Assembly (NCBI GenBank): GCA_021299265.1
Contig: JAJTGP010000059.1
Span: 28,450 to 92,449, forward strand
Length of the DNA stretch: 64,000 nucleotides
Reading direction: 5' to 3'
Origin: Hyphomonadaceae bacterium
GTDB taxonomy: Bacteria; Pseudomonadota; Alphaproteobacteria; Caulobacterales; Aquidulcibacteraceae
Both the position numbers and the translations under genes were made by a program. Shown one piece after another: positions 1 to 9,160 of the stretch (the first letter of the stretch is position 1; each line of letters opens with the position of its first letter). The notes beneath the pieces were generated by a model, which was not told where the DNA came from, did not search any database, and worked only from the letters and a program-made list of their open reading frames with translations.

Positions 1-145
1 CAATGGAACAGCGGACCTTGGTTTGTCCGTAGGTTAGCCAACCCGATGTTGATGCTGCAAAAACCTGCATAAAATCCCCCAGATCAAGACTCTGTGATGC
101 CGCACCCTCTTGTATCACGCAATAGGGTGCAACCATGTAGTGTCC

Positions 146-832
146 ATGTCACGCAAGCGCACCCTTCTTCTGGTCGATGACGACCATGATCTCCGTACCA
201 CCTTAGCCGAGCAATTCGAGCTGACGGGGGAATTTGACACCGTTATGGCCCAAGATGCCGCCAGTGGGGTTGCCGCTGCCCGCACGAAAGGCCCTGACCT
301 CATTCTGCTCGATATAGATCTGCCGGATCTAGACGGTCGCGAAGCCTGTAAGGCGATCCGCGCAGGTGGGTTTGCTGGCCCGATCATCATGCTGACCGGT
401 CAATCGACTGATTCAGACACGGTATTGGGTCTCGATGCCGGGGCGAACGACTATGTCACCAAGCCATTCCGTTTTGCCGTGCTGTTGGCACGTGTGCGGG
501 CTCACTTGCGCAGCCATGATCAGACCGATGTCGCAACACTGAAGATCGGTCCTTATGACTTCAAACCGGCAAACCGCACATTGACCGACGCCAGTGGTAA
601 GCGCATCCGCCTGACCGATAAAGAAGCGGCAATTCTGCGCTACCTCTATCGTTCCGGCGCGAAAGCCGTGCCACGCGACGAATTACTGCGCGAAGTCTGG
701 GGCTATAATGCTGCGGTCACGACTCACACGCTGGAAACCCACATCTACCGGCTGCGTCAAAAGATCGAGCCGGTGTCCAGCCGCAACGGCTTGTTGATCA
801 CCGAAGGTGGCGGCTATCGTCTTGAGCCATAA
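146..832 (+). CDS. OmpR/PhoB-family response regulator (receiver plus winged-helix output)
   Basis: ORF 110..832. Receiver motifs LLLVDDD, LILLDIDLPDLDG and KPF. C-terminal winged helix LTDKEAAILRYL...THIYRLRQKI. ATG at 146 (MSRKR) preferred over TTG at 110. Confidence 0.85.
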   Translation: MSRKRTLLLVDDDHDLRTTLAEQFELTGEFDTVMAQDAASGVAAARTKGPDLILLDIDLPDLDGREACKAIRAGGFAGPIIMLTGQSTDSDTVLGLDAGANDYVTKPFRFAVLLARVRAHLRSHDQTDVATLKIGPYDFKPANRTLTDASGKRIRLTDKEAAILRYLYRSGAKAVPRDELLREVWGYNAAVTTHTLETHIYRLRQKIEPVSSRNGLLITEGGGYRLEP

Positions 833-841
833 GGCTTAAGG

Positions 842-1651
842 CTAACGCCACTCATCGCGGCCACCTTTGCGTTGCCGCGTCAGATTCATGTGATATTGGA
901 AGCGTTCGGGCCGGTAAAAGCCCTGAACAACCTCAATCGGTGCCGATTGTGAATCCTTCATCACGCGAACAATCTTGAGGAGCGGCGACCCTGTTGCGAT
1001 TTTCAATGCTTGCGCGGTTGCGGGCTCAGCGCTGCAGGCTGTGATCCATTGTTCGGCTGAAACGGCAACAAAGCCAGCCCTTTCTAGCAGGTCGAGCATC
1101 GGAGTATGGCCAAGGGAGTCCGGATCAAAGGTCGCGGCAATATCAATCGGCAAATGGGTGACGATGTAGGAGAATGGTTCTCCCTCCAATTTCCGAATTC
1201 GCTCTGCCCGTTGGACTGGAACGCCACTGGGCAGACCCAAAAGCTCAGCAATCTCTGCGGTCGCAGCAACTTGCGCGACATTAATCAGTTCAACCTCCGT
1301 AGATAGTCCCATCACTTTGAGAGCTTCCATGAGATTATCAAAGCTGCCCTTAACCACAGGCACAGTTGCATTATAGGTAACCACTGTGCCGCGACCACGA
1401 TGGCGCGACACCATCCCAGCAGACGCCAATTCGTTGAGCGCGCGTTTCACCGTGATGCGGGAAACATTGAACACATGAGTCAGATCCTGCTCGCCGGGAA
1501 GAACTGCGCCCAGCGGAAACGCGCCGGAGCGGATGCGCTCTCGTAAAACCAAGAACAATTGGTGATACAGAGGCGTTGGCAGCCGAGCATCGACCATGGT
1601 GGCCTTTAAGTCTGAACTTGGTTCATGCGATGTGGGCAAGGTCGTGTCCAT
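842..1651 (-). CDS. GntR-family (HutC/FarR subfamily, UTRA effector domain) transcriptional regulator
   Basis: N-terminal GntR HTH (PLYHQLFLVLRERIRSG...LPGEQDLTHVFNVSRITVKRALNELASAGMV). The roughly 150-aa C-terminal part is typical of UTRA domains. Confidence 0.85.
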   Translation of the reverse strand: MDTTLPTSHEPSSDLKATMVDARLPTPLYHQLFLVLRERIRSGAFPLGAVLPGEQDLTHVFNVSRITVKRALNELASAGMVSRHRGRGTVVTYNATVPVVKGSFDNLMEALKVMGLSTEVELINVAQVAATAEIAELLGLPSGVPVQRAERIRKLEGEPFSYIVTHLPIDIAATFDPDSLGHTPMLDLLERAGFVAVSAEQWITACSAEPATAQALKIATGSPLLKIVRVMKDSQSAPIEVVQGFYRPERFQYHMNLTRQRKGGRDEWR

Positions 1652-1722
1652 GAAGAAAAATTAGTCTGTCGTCGGGAAATGAAAAGCCCAAATTCCGGCA
1701 GCCTACTGAGTTGAGATCGATC

Positions 1723-2100
1723 TCATCCACCGTTGGCACGCTCACGAACAGAGTCAAGACTCTCCCAGATCTTACCGCCCGGATAAAGTCCGATAGACAT
1801 GGTCATGTCGTGGACTTCTACGGAATCAAACATCTCACAGGTAAAATACGGATCGCCGCGCATTATTGCCCAGGCGGCCTCTTCATGATCGGCGCAAACA
1901 ATCAGACACGACCCATGAATCTTAGGGCTCCCCGGGGCCTTCAAAGGCCCCGCGGTGACATAGGACTGCCAATGCGCCTCTACATGCGCCAAATGACCAG
2001 CCAAATGTTCAACCCGCTTTTCAGGCGCCGTCGGCCCGTCTTTGCACACGAACAAGAACGTGGGTTGGGTCTGTCGCGGAACAGTCGGTGGATTGGACAT
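1723..2100 (-). CDS. YciI-like (YCII-related) small protein
   Basis: Roughly 125 aa with the FLFVCKD...RVEHLAGHLAHVE...GPL pattern of the YciI family. ATG at 2100 is preceded by a GGAGG Shine-Dalgarno (reverse complement of 2106-2110). Confidence 0.7.
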   Translation of the reverse strand: MSNPPTVPRQTQPTFLFVCKDGPTAPEKRVEHLAGHLAHVEAHWQSYVTAGPLKAPGSPKIHGSCLIVCADHEEAAWAIMRGDPYFTCEMFDSVEVHDMTMSIGLYPGGKIWESLDSVRERANGG

Positions 2101-2218
2101 ATGGGCCTCCATGATCATGGGTTGAGCCACTTTAGGGGTGAGTCATTGCCTTGCCAATGTCGAAACGTTATTTGATATAAAGATAGATCATTTCTCTAAG
2201 TTGGATGCACGGCCCAGC

Positions 2219-3535
2219 ATGGCAGAAGCCGCCAAACCCAAAACCTCAAATTCAGGCCAAACCTTGGCCCAGAAGCTGCTGGCGCGGGCATCGGGTAGTG
2301 AGCTTGTGGCCCCAGGCGACATTGTGGTGGTGCAAGTCGACCTTGCGATGGCCCATGATTCAAGTGGGCCACGGCGCTGGAAGCCGCACTTAGAGGCACT
2401 TGGGGCAAGCCTGTGGGACCCGTCTCGAATCGTCATTGTCTCTGACCATTATGTGCCGGCCGTCGACGGTGAAAGTGCCGCGATCCTGAAGCTCACACGG
2501 GAATTTGCCAATGAACAAAGGATTGGCCATTTCTTTGATATGGAAGGCATTTGCCACGCCATTCTACCGCAAAAAGGCTTACTGCGCCCCGGGATCTTTG
2601 TCGCAGGTGGCGACAGCCACACCCCCCATGCAGGTGCCTTTGGTTGCTATGCCGCAGGCTTTGGTGCAACCGATATGTTGGGCATTGTTGTCACAGGGCA
2701 AACATGGACAATCGTGCCAGAGACGATTCGCGTGGAGTTGACGGGCCGGTTGCAGAGCCATGTTTCGGCCAAGGACGTCATGTTGCTTCTATGCCGTGAG
2801 CTCGGCATGGATAATGCCTTCAAGGCCATCGAATATGGCGGACCCGGCGTCGCGGCCATGTCGATGGACGAACGTATGGTCTTGTCCAATATGGCGGCTG
2901 AATTGGGTGGTGAGGTTGGCCTAGTCGCTGCAGACGACGTGACATTGGCTCATATTCGCGCCCATGGTGGGACTGCTTCAGAAGCCGACTTGGCCTGGAA
3001 GCCTGATCCAGATGCCGCTTACGAGCGGACTATCTCGATCAATCTTTCTGATCTCGAGCCGCAAATTGCTCTGCCGCATTCGCCCGCCAACAGCTTTTCG
3101 ATTGATCACGCGGTCGGCGCGCCAATCCATCAAGCTTATATCGGTGCTTGCGTTGGGGCTAAGCTAGAGGATTTGCACATGGCCGCGCAGGTCCTGACGG
3201 GGCAGCGGGTCGCTAAAGGCGTGCGCTTGCTTGTTGCTCCGGCCAGTTCCCAAGTGACATCCGATGCTGCGGCTGATGGAACTTTGTCGATATTACTCGC
3301 CGCGGGGGCAACCCTATTACCGTCAGGCTGCGGTGCGTGCGCTGGCATGGGCGCTGGGCTGTTAGCGGCTGGTGAGACCTGTATTTCCACCACCAATCGC
3401 AACTTCAAAGGCCGGATGGGTCATTCAGAGGCCTTTGTCTATTTGGGTTCGCCGTACACGGTTGCTGCCAGTGCTATCGCTGGCTGTGTCAGCGATCCTC
3501 GCGCTTTATCGGCAGAATTGGTTGGCGTGCAATGA
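2219..3535 (+). CDS. Aconitase-superfamily dehydratase, large subunit (LeuC/HacA type-2-like)
   Basis: TLAQKLLARASG start, DLAMAHDSSGP, and Fe-S cysteine contexts IGACVG and SGCGACAGMGAG. ATG at 2219 preferred over GTG at 2138; the start is uncertain. Confidence 0.8.
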   Translation: MAEAAKPKTSNSGQTLAQKLLARASGSELVAPGDIVVVQVDLAMAHDSSGPRRWKPHLEALGASLWDPSRIVIVSDHYVPAVDGESAAILKLTREFANEQRIGHFFDMEGICHAILPQKGLLRPGIFVAGGDSHTPHAGAFGCYAAGFGATDMLGIVVTGQTWTIVPETIRVELTGRLQSHVSAKDVMLLLCRELGMDNAFKAIEYGGPGVAAMSMDERMVLSNMAAELGGEVGLVAADDVTLAHIRAHGGTASEADLAWKPDPDAAYERTISINLSDLEPQIALPHSPANSFSIDHAVGAPIHQAYIGACVGAKLEDLHMAAQVLTGQRVAKGVRLLVAPASSQVTSDAAADGTLSILLAAGATLLPSGCGACAGMGAGLLAAGETCISTTNRNFKGRMGHSEAFVYLGSPYTVAASAIAGCVSDPRALSAELVGVQ

Positions 3536-4029
3536 CAGAAACCGCATCAATGGGCCGCGCCTTTGTCTTTGGTGACAATATCGACACCGACCTGTTGGCA
3601 CCCGGTCATCTAATGAAGCTCTCTGCGCAAGAATTAGCGCAACATTGCTTAGAGGCCATCGCTCCTGAATTTGCGACGACAGTAGAGATCGGTGACTTTG
3701 TTGTTGCGGGCAATAATTTCGGTTTGGGCTCCTCGCGGGAGCAAGCAGCCGTCAGTTTACGGCAATTGGGAGTTGGTGCCGTGATTGCACCCAGCTTTGC
3801 GCGCATTTTCTATCGCAACGCCCTGAACTTAGGCCTTCCAGCCTTATTTTGTGAAGATGCCCACCGGATTGCTGAAGGGGACCAGTTGATGGTCGACCCA
3901 GTCTTGGGCAAGATCACGAATAAGACGCGAGGTGAGGTTTTGTCGTGTAAGCCTATTCCAGACCATTTGATGGCGATGGTGCGGGCTGGGGGCCTGATCG
4001 CTCACTTACAATCAAGACGTGGCACATAG
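3532..4029 (+). CDS. Aconitase-superfamily dehydratase, small (LeuD-like swivel) subunit
   Basis: 165 aa with GDNIDTDLLAPG and FGLGSSREQAA motifs. ATGA overlap with the large subunit at 3532-3535. Confidence 0.8.
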   Translation: MTETASMGRAFVFGDNIDTDLLAPGHLMKLSAQELAQHCLEAIAPEFATTVEIGDFVVAGNNFGLGSSREQAAVSLRQLGVGAVIAPSFARIFYRNALNLGLPALFCEDAHRIAEGDQLMVDPVLGKITNKTRGEVLSCKPIPDHLMAMVRAGGLIAHLQSRRGT

Positions 4030-4038
4030 GGATCGAGC

Positions 4039-4923
4039 ATGACACAGATTACTTTGCACGAGCGGCTCGGCCAAAGCAAAGCCCTTTTGGCCCCCGGGGC
4101 TTATGACGCCTTGAGTGCACTCTTAGTCGAGCAAGCAGGCTTTGAGGCTATTTATATGTCAGGGGCGTCGATCTCATATACGCAGTTGGGTCGGCCAGAC
4201 ATTGGGTTGGTTTCCGTTACCCAAGTTGCTGATATCATTGGCCGTGTGCGCGATCGTGTGCAGATTCCGCTGATCGTCGATGCCGACACCGGCTTTGGCA
4301 ATGCCTTGAACGTTCAGCATACCGTCCGATTATTTGAGCGTATGGGTGCTAATGCGCTGCAACTGGAAGATCAAACCGCGCCTAAGCGCTGTGGGCATTT
4401 GGCAGGCAAAGAACTGGTTCTTGCAGGCGAAATGGTAGGCAAAATCAAAGCCGCGGTCGACGCCCGCACCTCTGAACAAACATTGATCATCGCCCGCACC
4501 GACGCCATCGCCGTAGAAGGATTCGAGCGCGCCTTAGAGCGGGCAGAGCTTTATCGTCAGGCGGGTGCCGACATCCTGTTTGTGGAAGCGCCGCAAGCGA
4601 TCGACCAAATGCAGGCCATTTGCCAAGCCTTCCCGAACACGCCTCTCTTGGCAAATATGGTTGAAGGCGGAAAGACGCCACTTCTCACCTGCGATCAATT
4701 ATCCGATATGGGCTATCGCTTGGTGATTGCCCCGGGCTCTATGGTGCGCGCCCATGCCTTCATCGCACAACAGTTTCTTCAATCGCTCAAAGCCAATGGC
4801 ACAACGGCCCTCTTCCGCGACCGAATGTTGGACTTTAAACAAATCAATGACTTACTTGGTCTACCAAGCCTGATGGATCAAGGCTCGCATTACGAATTGC
4901 GCGGGCAAGAGGCGGCAGAATAA
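4039..4923 (+). CDS. Isocitrate lyase / PEP mutase superfamily enzyme (methylisocitrate-lyase-like C-C lyase)
   Basis: GAYDALSALLVEQAGFEAIYMSG, IVDADTGFG and the lyase-type active-site loop PKRCGH. Confidence 0.8.
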   Translation: MTQITLHERLGQSKALLAPGAYDALSALLVEQAGFEAIYMSGASISYTQLGRPDIGLVSVTQVADIIGRVRDRVQIPLIVDADTGFGNALNVQHTVRLFERMGANALQLEDQTAPKRCGHLAGKELVLAGEMVGKIKAAVDARTSEQTLIIARTDAIAVEGFERALERAELYRQAGADILFVEAPQAIDQMQAICQAFPNTPLLANMVEGGKTPLLTCDQLSDMGYRLVIAPGSMVRAHAFIAQQFLQSLKANGTTALFRDRMLDFKQINDLLGLPSLMDQGSHYELRGQEAAE

Positions 4924-5008
4924 GCGCGGTCCTTTGTAAGGCTTTTTTCACTGCGCTCGGTTACACTTTTGTCTCTATGTTGCCAGATTCTAGGTGCATG
5001 TGGACTGT

Positions 5009-5821
5009 ATGGTGATTAGGGACGGTCTCGAACGTGAAAAGCATCTGGCGTCAGGTGTTTTTGCTCAGCCTTTGTTGAGCTGGCTTCCCTGCGTCTGCTT
5101 AGCAATTGGACTAGTGATCGGTGGATCGGCAAGCGCTCAAACCCAGAAGCGAGCTAGCGACCTCACGCTCAATGACATGTTTTCAAGCCCGAATGCAGCG
5201 GCCGCTCAAGCGGTCTCTTTTAGTGCCGGCCCCAATAACCTTCGTTTTGTCCTCGACCGGTCGCAACCTCGCGTCGTTTTATTGCGGTTTGACGGCGATC
5301 CAGAGGTCTGGGCTCTAACCTCGCAATGGGGCCCACGCGGCGATGAATTTCTGCGGAATGACATCGGCGAAGTCATTGTTCGGATTACGACTTTGGGCGG
5401 GGTGACCGTTTATGGCCCACTTGGGACCAATGGCGGTCTTGCTGCCAGTGAAGGCAAAGCCAAAACCTTATCGGCACCGGCCAGAAGCGAAGGCAACCTT
5501 CAGGCTACCCTAGAAAAAGCACTGCGCTGGTTTGACAAATTTTCCAATCGCAGCGTCCGGGTTGAAGCCTCGGGCACTTTGCCGCCAGCACTCGTTTATG
5601 AAGCGCTAGAACGGGCGGCCCAAGGCATGTCGCGCGCGCCGCGCGGCTTTTTCGGTCGGCCAGAGCGACGGGTAAAGCTTATCCGCGTCCAGCGCAGTTT
5701 TGATCGCCCCAGTGTCCGCTGGCAATCGGGCATTTTGACAATTGGTGTTGTTCCTGGTGCTGGCTATGCCGGACGACCCTCCAGTGCGGCCGTGTTGTTA
5801 GCTCTGACGAAGGGCAATTAG
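5009..5821 (+). CDS. Hypothetical exported protein
   Basis: Long ORF with coding-like composition. N-terminal hydrophobic segment ends in ASAQ (signal-peptide-like). No family recognised. Confidence 0.5.
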   Translation: MVIRDGLEREKHLASGVFAQPLLSWLPCVCLAIGLVIGGSASAQTQKRASDLTLNDMFSSPNAAAAQAVSFSAGPNNLRFVLDRSQPRVVLLRFDGDPEVWALTSQWGPRGDEFLRNDIGEVIVRITTLGGVTVYGPLGTNGGLAASEGKAKTLSAPARSEGNLQATLEKALRWFDKFSNRSVRVEASGTLPPALVYEALERAAQGMSRAPRGFFGRPERRVKLIRVQRSFDRPSVRWQSGILTIGVVPGAGYAGRPSSAAVLLALTKGN

Positions 5822-5877
5822 TCGCAGGACAGCCTCTGGCGATTGCCGGAACCCATTGCGCGGCATATATCAGCCTC

Positions 5878-6084
5878 ATGACTTTAGAACCCCTCAATAT
5901 CGCAATCTTCGTGGCCATGGCTGTGGTCTTGACCGTGCTCGTCGCCGGTATCGCCAACTTGGCCATCACCGGAGATAAAGCGCGATCTCGCTCTAACCAA
6001 TTGATGCGGCTAAGGGTTCTCGTTCAGTTTATCGCTGTCATTCTCTTGATGCTCGGCTTTTGGCTTAAAACGCGCGCGGGATGA
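5878..6084 (+). CDS. HIG1-domain twin-transmembrane-helix small protein
   Basis: 68 aa with two hydrophobic helices separated by a basic loop carrying the QLMRLRVLVQ motif typical of HIG_1_N proteins. Confidence 0.7.
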   Translation: MTLEPLNIAIFVAMAVVLTVLVAGIANLAITGDKARSRSNQLMRLRVLVQFIAVILLMLGFWLKTRAG

Positions 6085-6749
6085 CCAAAAGAAGCTTTGC
6101 CGATAAAGTGGCTTTGGTCACCGGTGGGGGCGGCCGGTTTGGTCGGGTTATGTGCCAAGCACTCGCCCAGCGCGGTTGCAAGCTGATCGTCGGTGATTGT
6201 GATCTAACGGCTGCACGCGATACCGCGGCCCGGACTGCAGGACTCGCCCTAGGGCTAGATGTCACCGATCCGGCTATGTGGCTGAATGCGGCATCATCGG
6301 CCCGCGACCTTTTTGGCCCACTCGACTATGTGTTTCATTGCGCCCAGCTAACTGCTGATCCGACCGACGCAGAGGGCATGGGACGCCTTTGGGCCACCCA
6401 TTTGTCGTCATTAGAGATTGCCCAGCAGACTTGTGGAGCCGATCTAACCGCAACTGGCGGAATTCATATCCTGTTTGTTTCCGGTGCAGCCTGGCAGCCC
6501 GACCCGGCCCGTCCGCTTTGGTCGGCAGCGGAAGCTGCGAAGCGGAGTTGGCATAGGGCCCAGCTAACTGGGTCCAGCACCGTTAAGGGCGCTCTGATTG
6601 CCTATGATGTGCCGCCGCACCCGTCACGCAAGACCGCCGATGATGAGATTGCTGCGGCGACTTTATGGGCTCTGTCGCGTGGGGATAGTCAAGCCTTTGT
6701 TCCCGGCGGCTTTGGCGTCAAGGGCTTTTGCCAGAAGGCATCCCAATAG
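6081..6749 (+). CDS. Short-chain dehydrogenase/reductase-fold protein, apparently catalytically degenerate
   Basis: KVALVTGGGGRFG Rossmann start. W and E occupy the expected YxxxK positions (LWSAAEAAK). ATGA overlap with the HIG1 gene at 6081-6084. Confidence 0.65.
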   Translation: MTKRSFADKVALVTGGGGRFGRVMCQALAQRGCKLIVGDCDLTAARDTAARTAGLALGLDVTDPAMWLNAASSARDLFGPLDYVFHCAQLTADPTDAEGMGRLWATHLSSLEIAQQTCGADLTATGGIHILFVSGAAWQPDPARPLWSAAEAAKRSWHRAQLTGSSTVKGALIAYDVPPHPSRKTADDEIAAATLWALSRGDSQAFVPGGFGVKGFCQKASQ

Positions 6750-6760
6750 GAAGTATTGGG

Positions 6761-7198
6761 TTAAGCTGGCATACCCGGGCAGCGCAGATACTTCTCTGCT
6801 GTCGCACCATCCCAAGAAATGTCTGCAGTTTGATCGCCAGTTTGCTCAATGATCAAGCTGAAGGAGACACCAACGCCGTTTTGACCTTTGACTTCATAGC
6901 CTTTTTCGGTCGGTTGAACCGCTAGAATTTTATGTCGCTCTATCCCCGACGGCCGAATGCTATCGAGCCACAAGCCGGTCTCTTCATCCATCAACACATA
7001 GCCTTGGTTCATGCGCTGAGGATTGCAGGCGATTGGGCCGGCATCGCCCGGTTGGCCCATAAAGGCCGCATTGGTATCTGTGCCCGCAAATAGAAATTCA
7101 CGGTCTTCCGCTGAGATTTTTCCAAGCGGATCAGCTGGCGCACAGGCCGTTGCAATCATGCCCGCCGCCAAAATATTTCGGATCAGAGTATAGCGCAT
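6761..7198 (-). CDS. Hypothetical lipoprotein
   Basis: MRYTLIRNILAAGMIATAC lipobox-like signal. No family recognised. Confidence 0.5.
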   Translation of the reverse strand: MRYTLIRNILAAGMIATACAPADPLGKISAEDREFLFAGTDTNAAFMGQPGDAGPIACNPQRMNQGYVLMDEETGLWLDSIRPSGIERHKILAVQPTEKGYEVKGQNGVGVSFSLIIEQTGDQTADISWDGATAEKYLRCPGMPA

Positions 7199-7270
7199 CG
7201 CCAGACCCCCTTTAAGAACGCGGCTGGCACCATCCAACCGCGTCCCAAGTCGACCACAGAGCAGTTAATC

Positions 7271-8566
7271 TTATGTGTTCATACTCTGGAAAAAGTCATC
7301 ATTATTTTTGGTCTGCTTGAGCTTATCGAGCAAGAACTCCATCGCATCCATGGTGCCCATGGGGTTGAGGATTCGGCGCAACATGTACATTTTCGGCAAA
7401 TGCTCTCTTGGAACCAAAAGCTCTTCTTTCCGAGTACCCGATTTGATGATGTCGATCGCTGGGAAGACACGCTTATCTGAGACCTTACGATCCAGAATGA
7501 TTTCAGAGTTACCCGTGCCCTTGAACTCTTCAAAGATGACTTCATCCATGCGCGAGCCGGTTTCAATCAGCGCCGTCGCAATAATGGTCAAGGAGCCGCC
7601 TTCTTCAAGATTACGGGCAGCACCAAAGAAGCGCTTCGGACGTTGCAGAGCGTTTGCATCCACACCACCGGTCAGAACCTTGCCTGATGACGGGACGACC
7701 GTGTTGTAGGCGCGACCCAGTCGTGTGATCGAGTCAAGCAGGATCACAACATCGCGGCCATGCTCGGCCAAGCGCTTAGCCTTTTCGATCACCATTTCAG
7801 CAACTTGCACGTGGCGAGTCGCTGGCTCGTCGAAGGTAGATGATACCACTTCGCCCTTCACAGAGCGCTTCATGTCAGTCACTTCTTCAGGCCGTTCGTC
7901 GATCAACAACACGATTAGATAGACTTCTGGATGGTTGATTTCGATCGATTTGGCCACGTTCTGCAGGATGACGGTTTTACCGGTTCGTGGCGGTGCCACG
8001 ATCAAGGCGCGTTGGCCTTTACCAATTGGCGCAACAATATCGATGACGCGGCCCGTGCGGTCCTTCCGCGTTGGATCTTGGATTTCCAGATGCAAGCGCT
8101 CGTCTGGATAGAGCGGGGTCAAGTTGTCGAAATTGACCTTATGGCGGGCTTGCTCTGGGTCGGTGAAATTGATGGTATCAACTTTCGACAGAGCAAAATA
8201 GCGCTCGCCGTCTTTAGGCGCTTTGACGGGGCCTTCGACCGTGTCACCCGTCCGCAAGCCGTGACGGCGGATTTGCTGGGGCGAGACATAAATGTCGTCT
8301 GGGCCTGAGAGATAATTGGATTCTGGCGAGCGCAAAAAGCCGAAGCCATCTGACAACACTTCCAACACGCCGCCGCCGCCGATTTCCGAACCGCGTTCGG
8401 CTTGGGCTTTTAAAATAGCAAATAGTAGATCTTGGGTGCGCAGGTTGGATGCGCCATCAATTTCTAGGGATTCTGCCAGTACCACCAATTCAGTGGGGGT
8501 ACGGGTCTTCAATTCTTGTAGGGTGGACCGGCGAGGTGGCGCGTCGATCGACAATTCCTCTGACAT
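7271..8566 (-). CDS. rho: Transcription termination factor Rho
   Basis: N-terminal domain [16 protein letters not shown]-binding GFGFLR, Walker A PPRTGKT. Length is the typical 431 aa. Confidence 0.97.
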   Translation of the reverse strand: MSEELSIDAPPRRSTLQELKTRTPTELVVLAESLEIDGASNLRTQDLLFAILKAQAERGSEIGGGGVLEVLSDGFGFLRSPESNYLSGPDDIYVSPQQIRRHGLRTGDTVEGPVKAPKDGERYFALSKVDTINFTDPEQARHKVNFDNLTPLYPDERLHLEIQDPTRKDRTGRVIDIVAPIGKGQRALIVAPPRTGKTVILQNVAKSIEINHPEVYLIVLLIDERPEEVTDMKRSVKGEVVSSTFDEPATRHVQVAEMVIEKAKRLAEHGRDVVILLDSITRLGRAYNTVVPSSGKVLTGGVDANALQRPKRFFGAARNLEEGGSLTIIATALIETGSRMDEVIFEEFKGTGNSEIILDRKVSDKRVFPAIDIIKSGTRKEELLVPREHLPKMYMLRRILNPMGTMDAMEFLLDKLKQTKNNDDFFQSMNT

Positions 8567-8704
8567 GTCAGGGCCTCAAAATATCTTTGGTGAAAGCCGT
8601 CTTTGCAAGGACTGCAGCGGCTGTAAGGAGGTGCCAGACCGAGAGATGGCCTCAGCAACAGGAGTTCACATGACGATTATCGTAGGCGCGGTCAAGGTGT
8701 GACC

Positions 8705-9160
8705 TCAAGAAAAAGGCTCAAGGACAACCATAAAGACAGCAACAATCATCAAAACAAATGGCAATTCGTTCAGGAAACGGAAGGCTACGTGGTTCAAGGG
8801 GCGTTCCCCACGCTCAAATGCTTTGCGCCAACGCAGATATAAATGATCGACGGCGGTAATCGTCGTCACCATCGCCAATTTGATCTGCATCCAAGGGTGG
8901 GTCAATAAATCCCAGCCACCCCGTCCAATCAGCAAGCTTAGCCCCAATATCCATACGACAATCATGGCAGGAATCATGATTCCGCGATGCAGGCGGCGTT
9001 CCATGATGATCAATTGCTGATCTAGCTCGCCGCCAATAGGGGCCATGGAATGATAGACAAATAGGCGCGGCAGATACATCAGACCAGCCATCCACGCGAT
9101 CACCGCTATCAAATGAAGCGCTCGAAAGATCTCATAATGGCTGGCGATCCATGAACTCAT
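8705..9160 (-). CDS. hemJ: Protoporphyrinogen IX oxidase HemJ (UPF0093/CopD-like membrane protein)
   Basis: FRALHLIAVIAWMAGLMYLPRLFVYH signature and a multi-TM profile. The ATG overlaps the hemH stop (ATGA at 9157-9160). Confidence 0.85.
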   Translation of the reverse strand: MSSWIASHYEIFRALHLIAVIAWMAGLMYLPRLFVYHSMAPIGGELDQQLIIMERRLHRGIMIPAMIVVWILGLSLLIGRGGWDLLTHPWMQIKLAMVTTITAVDHLYLRWRKAFERGERPLNHVAFRFLNELPFVLMIVAVFMVVLEPFS

